Assembly (NCBI GenBank): GCA_002104945.1
Contig: MCFH01000026.1
Span: forward strand, 620,001-684,000
Source of the DNA: Piromyces finnis finn
Lineage: Eukaryota; Fungi; Neocallimastigomycota
Direction of reading: 5' to 3'
DNA: 64,000 bases
The translations under genes were made by a program, and so were the position numbers. The notes below the pieces were generated by a model. The model worked only from the letters and a program-made list of their open reading frames with translations. It did not search any database and had not been told where the DNA came from. Below, piece after piece: positions 63,707 to 64,000 of this stretch. The first letter of the stretch is position 1. Each line of letters opens with the position of its first letter.

Positions 63707-64000
63707 TGTAAAAATATAAAATTTAAAACAGCTTTTATACTTAAAACAAAACAATTTTTATTAACACAAAAATAAAAAAAATAAAACATTAAATTTTTAT
63801 TTTAAAAAAAAACATTTTTTATTTAAACTCTTAAAAATATTATTAACTATATAATAGTTAATAATTAAAAAATTGAAAATAACAATTACATCGATTTAAT
63901 AAACAAAAATTACATGTATTTATATTTTTTCATAATTATATTCTAATATATTATTCTATTTAAATAAACATATATTTAATATAAAATAAACAAAACTAAT
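63707..64000 (-). mobile_element. LTR A' (runs off window)
   Basis: Starts TGTAAAAATATAAAATTTAAAACAG; near-identical to 54858-55150. Confidence 0.88.

Noticed and set aside
1-64000. RIP-like hypermutation as the cause of AT-richness and stops
   Set aside because: Cannot be assessed by eye; a young element with identical LTRs and open gag persists; extreme AT content is intrinsic to the inferred lineage.

Overview
Extremely AT-rich eukaryotic DNA, most consistent with an anaerobic gut fungus (Neocallimastigomycota; inferred from base composition, ricin-type lectin/Thr-linker genes and retroelement content). The window is essentially a nested LTR-retrotransposon graveyard. It has one apparently intact host gene (416-1864, a secreted Cys-rich protein with a LRAT/PPPDE-like permuted papain domain) and several broken host genes (ricin-type lectins; a secreted protein split by a solo LTR). 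It has one structurally complete Ty3/Gypsy element (26226-33077: two 419-bp LTRs that look identical by eye, CATC TSD, tRNA-Ala PBS, PPT) and an internally deleted Ty1/Copia (15014-17757). There are fragments of Tf1/sushi-type chromoviruses and many solo LTRs with 5-bp TSDs. My informal LTR/repeat family labels are A, A', B, E, F, G, H, I, J and K. The most notable signals are: (i) a canonical -1 frameshift cassette (U UUA AAU + H-type pseudoknot) at the gag stop of the full-length Gypsy; (ii) tRNA-independent self-priming architecture in the B family; (iii) a Copia PBS matching the anticodon arm of tRNA-Lys(CUU), i.e. half-tRNA priming; (iv) a truncated D6/D11-like (poxvirus/NCLDV or yeast linear-plasmid type) SF2 helicase next to a divergent decayed ORF; and (v) evidence for an LTR-mediated inversion and hairpin-mediated fold-back duplications. 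All homology calls were made by eye without database searches; boundaries given without a TSD are approximate.
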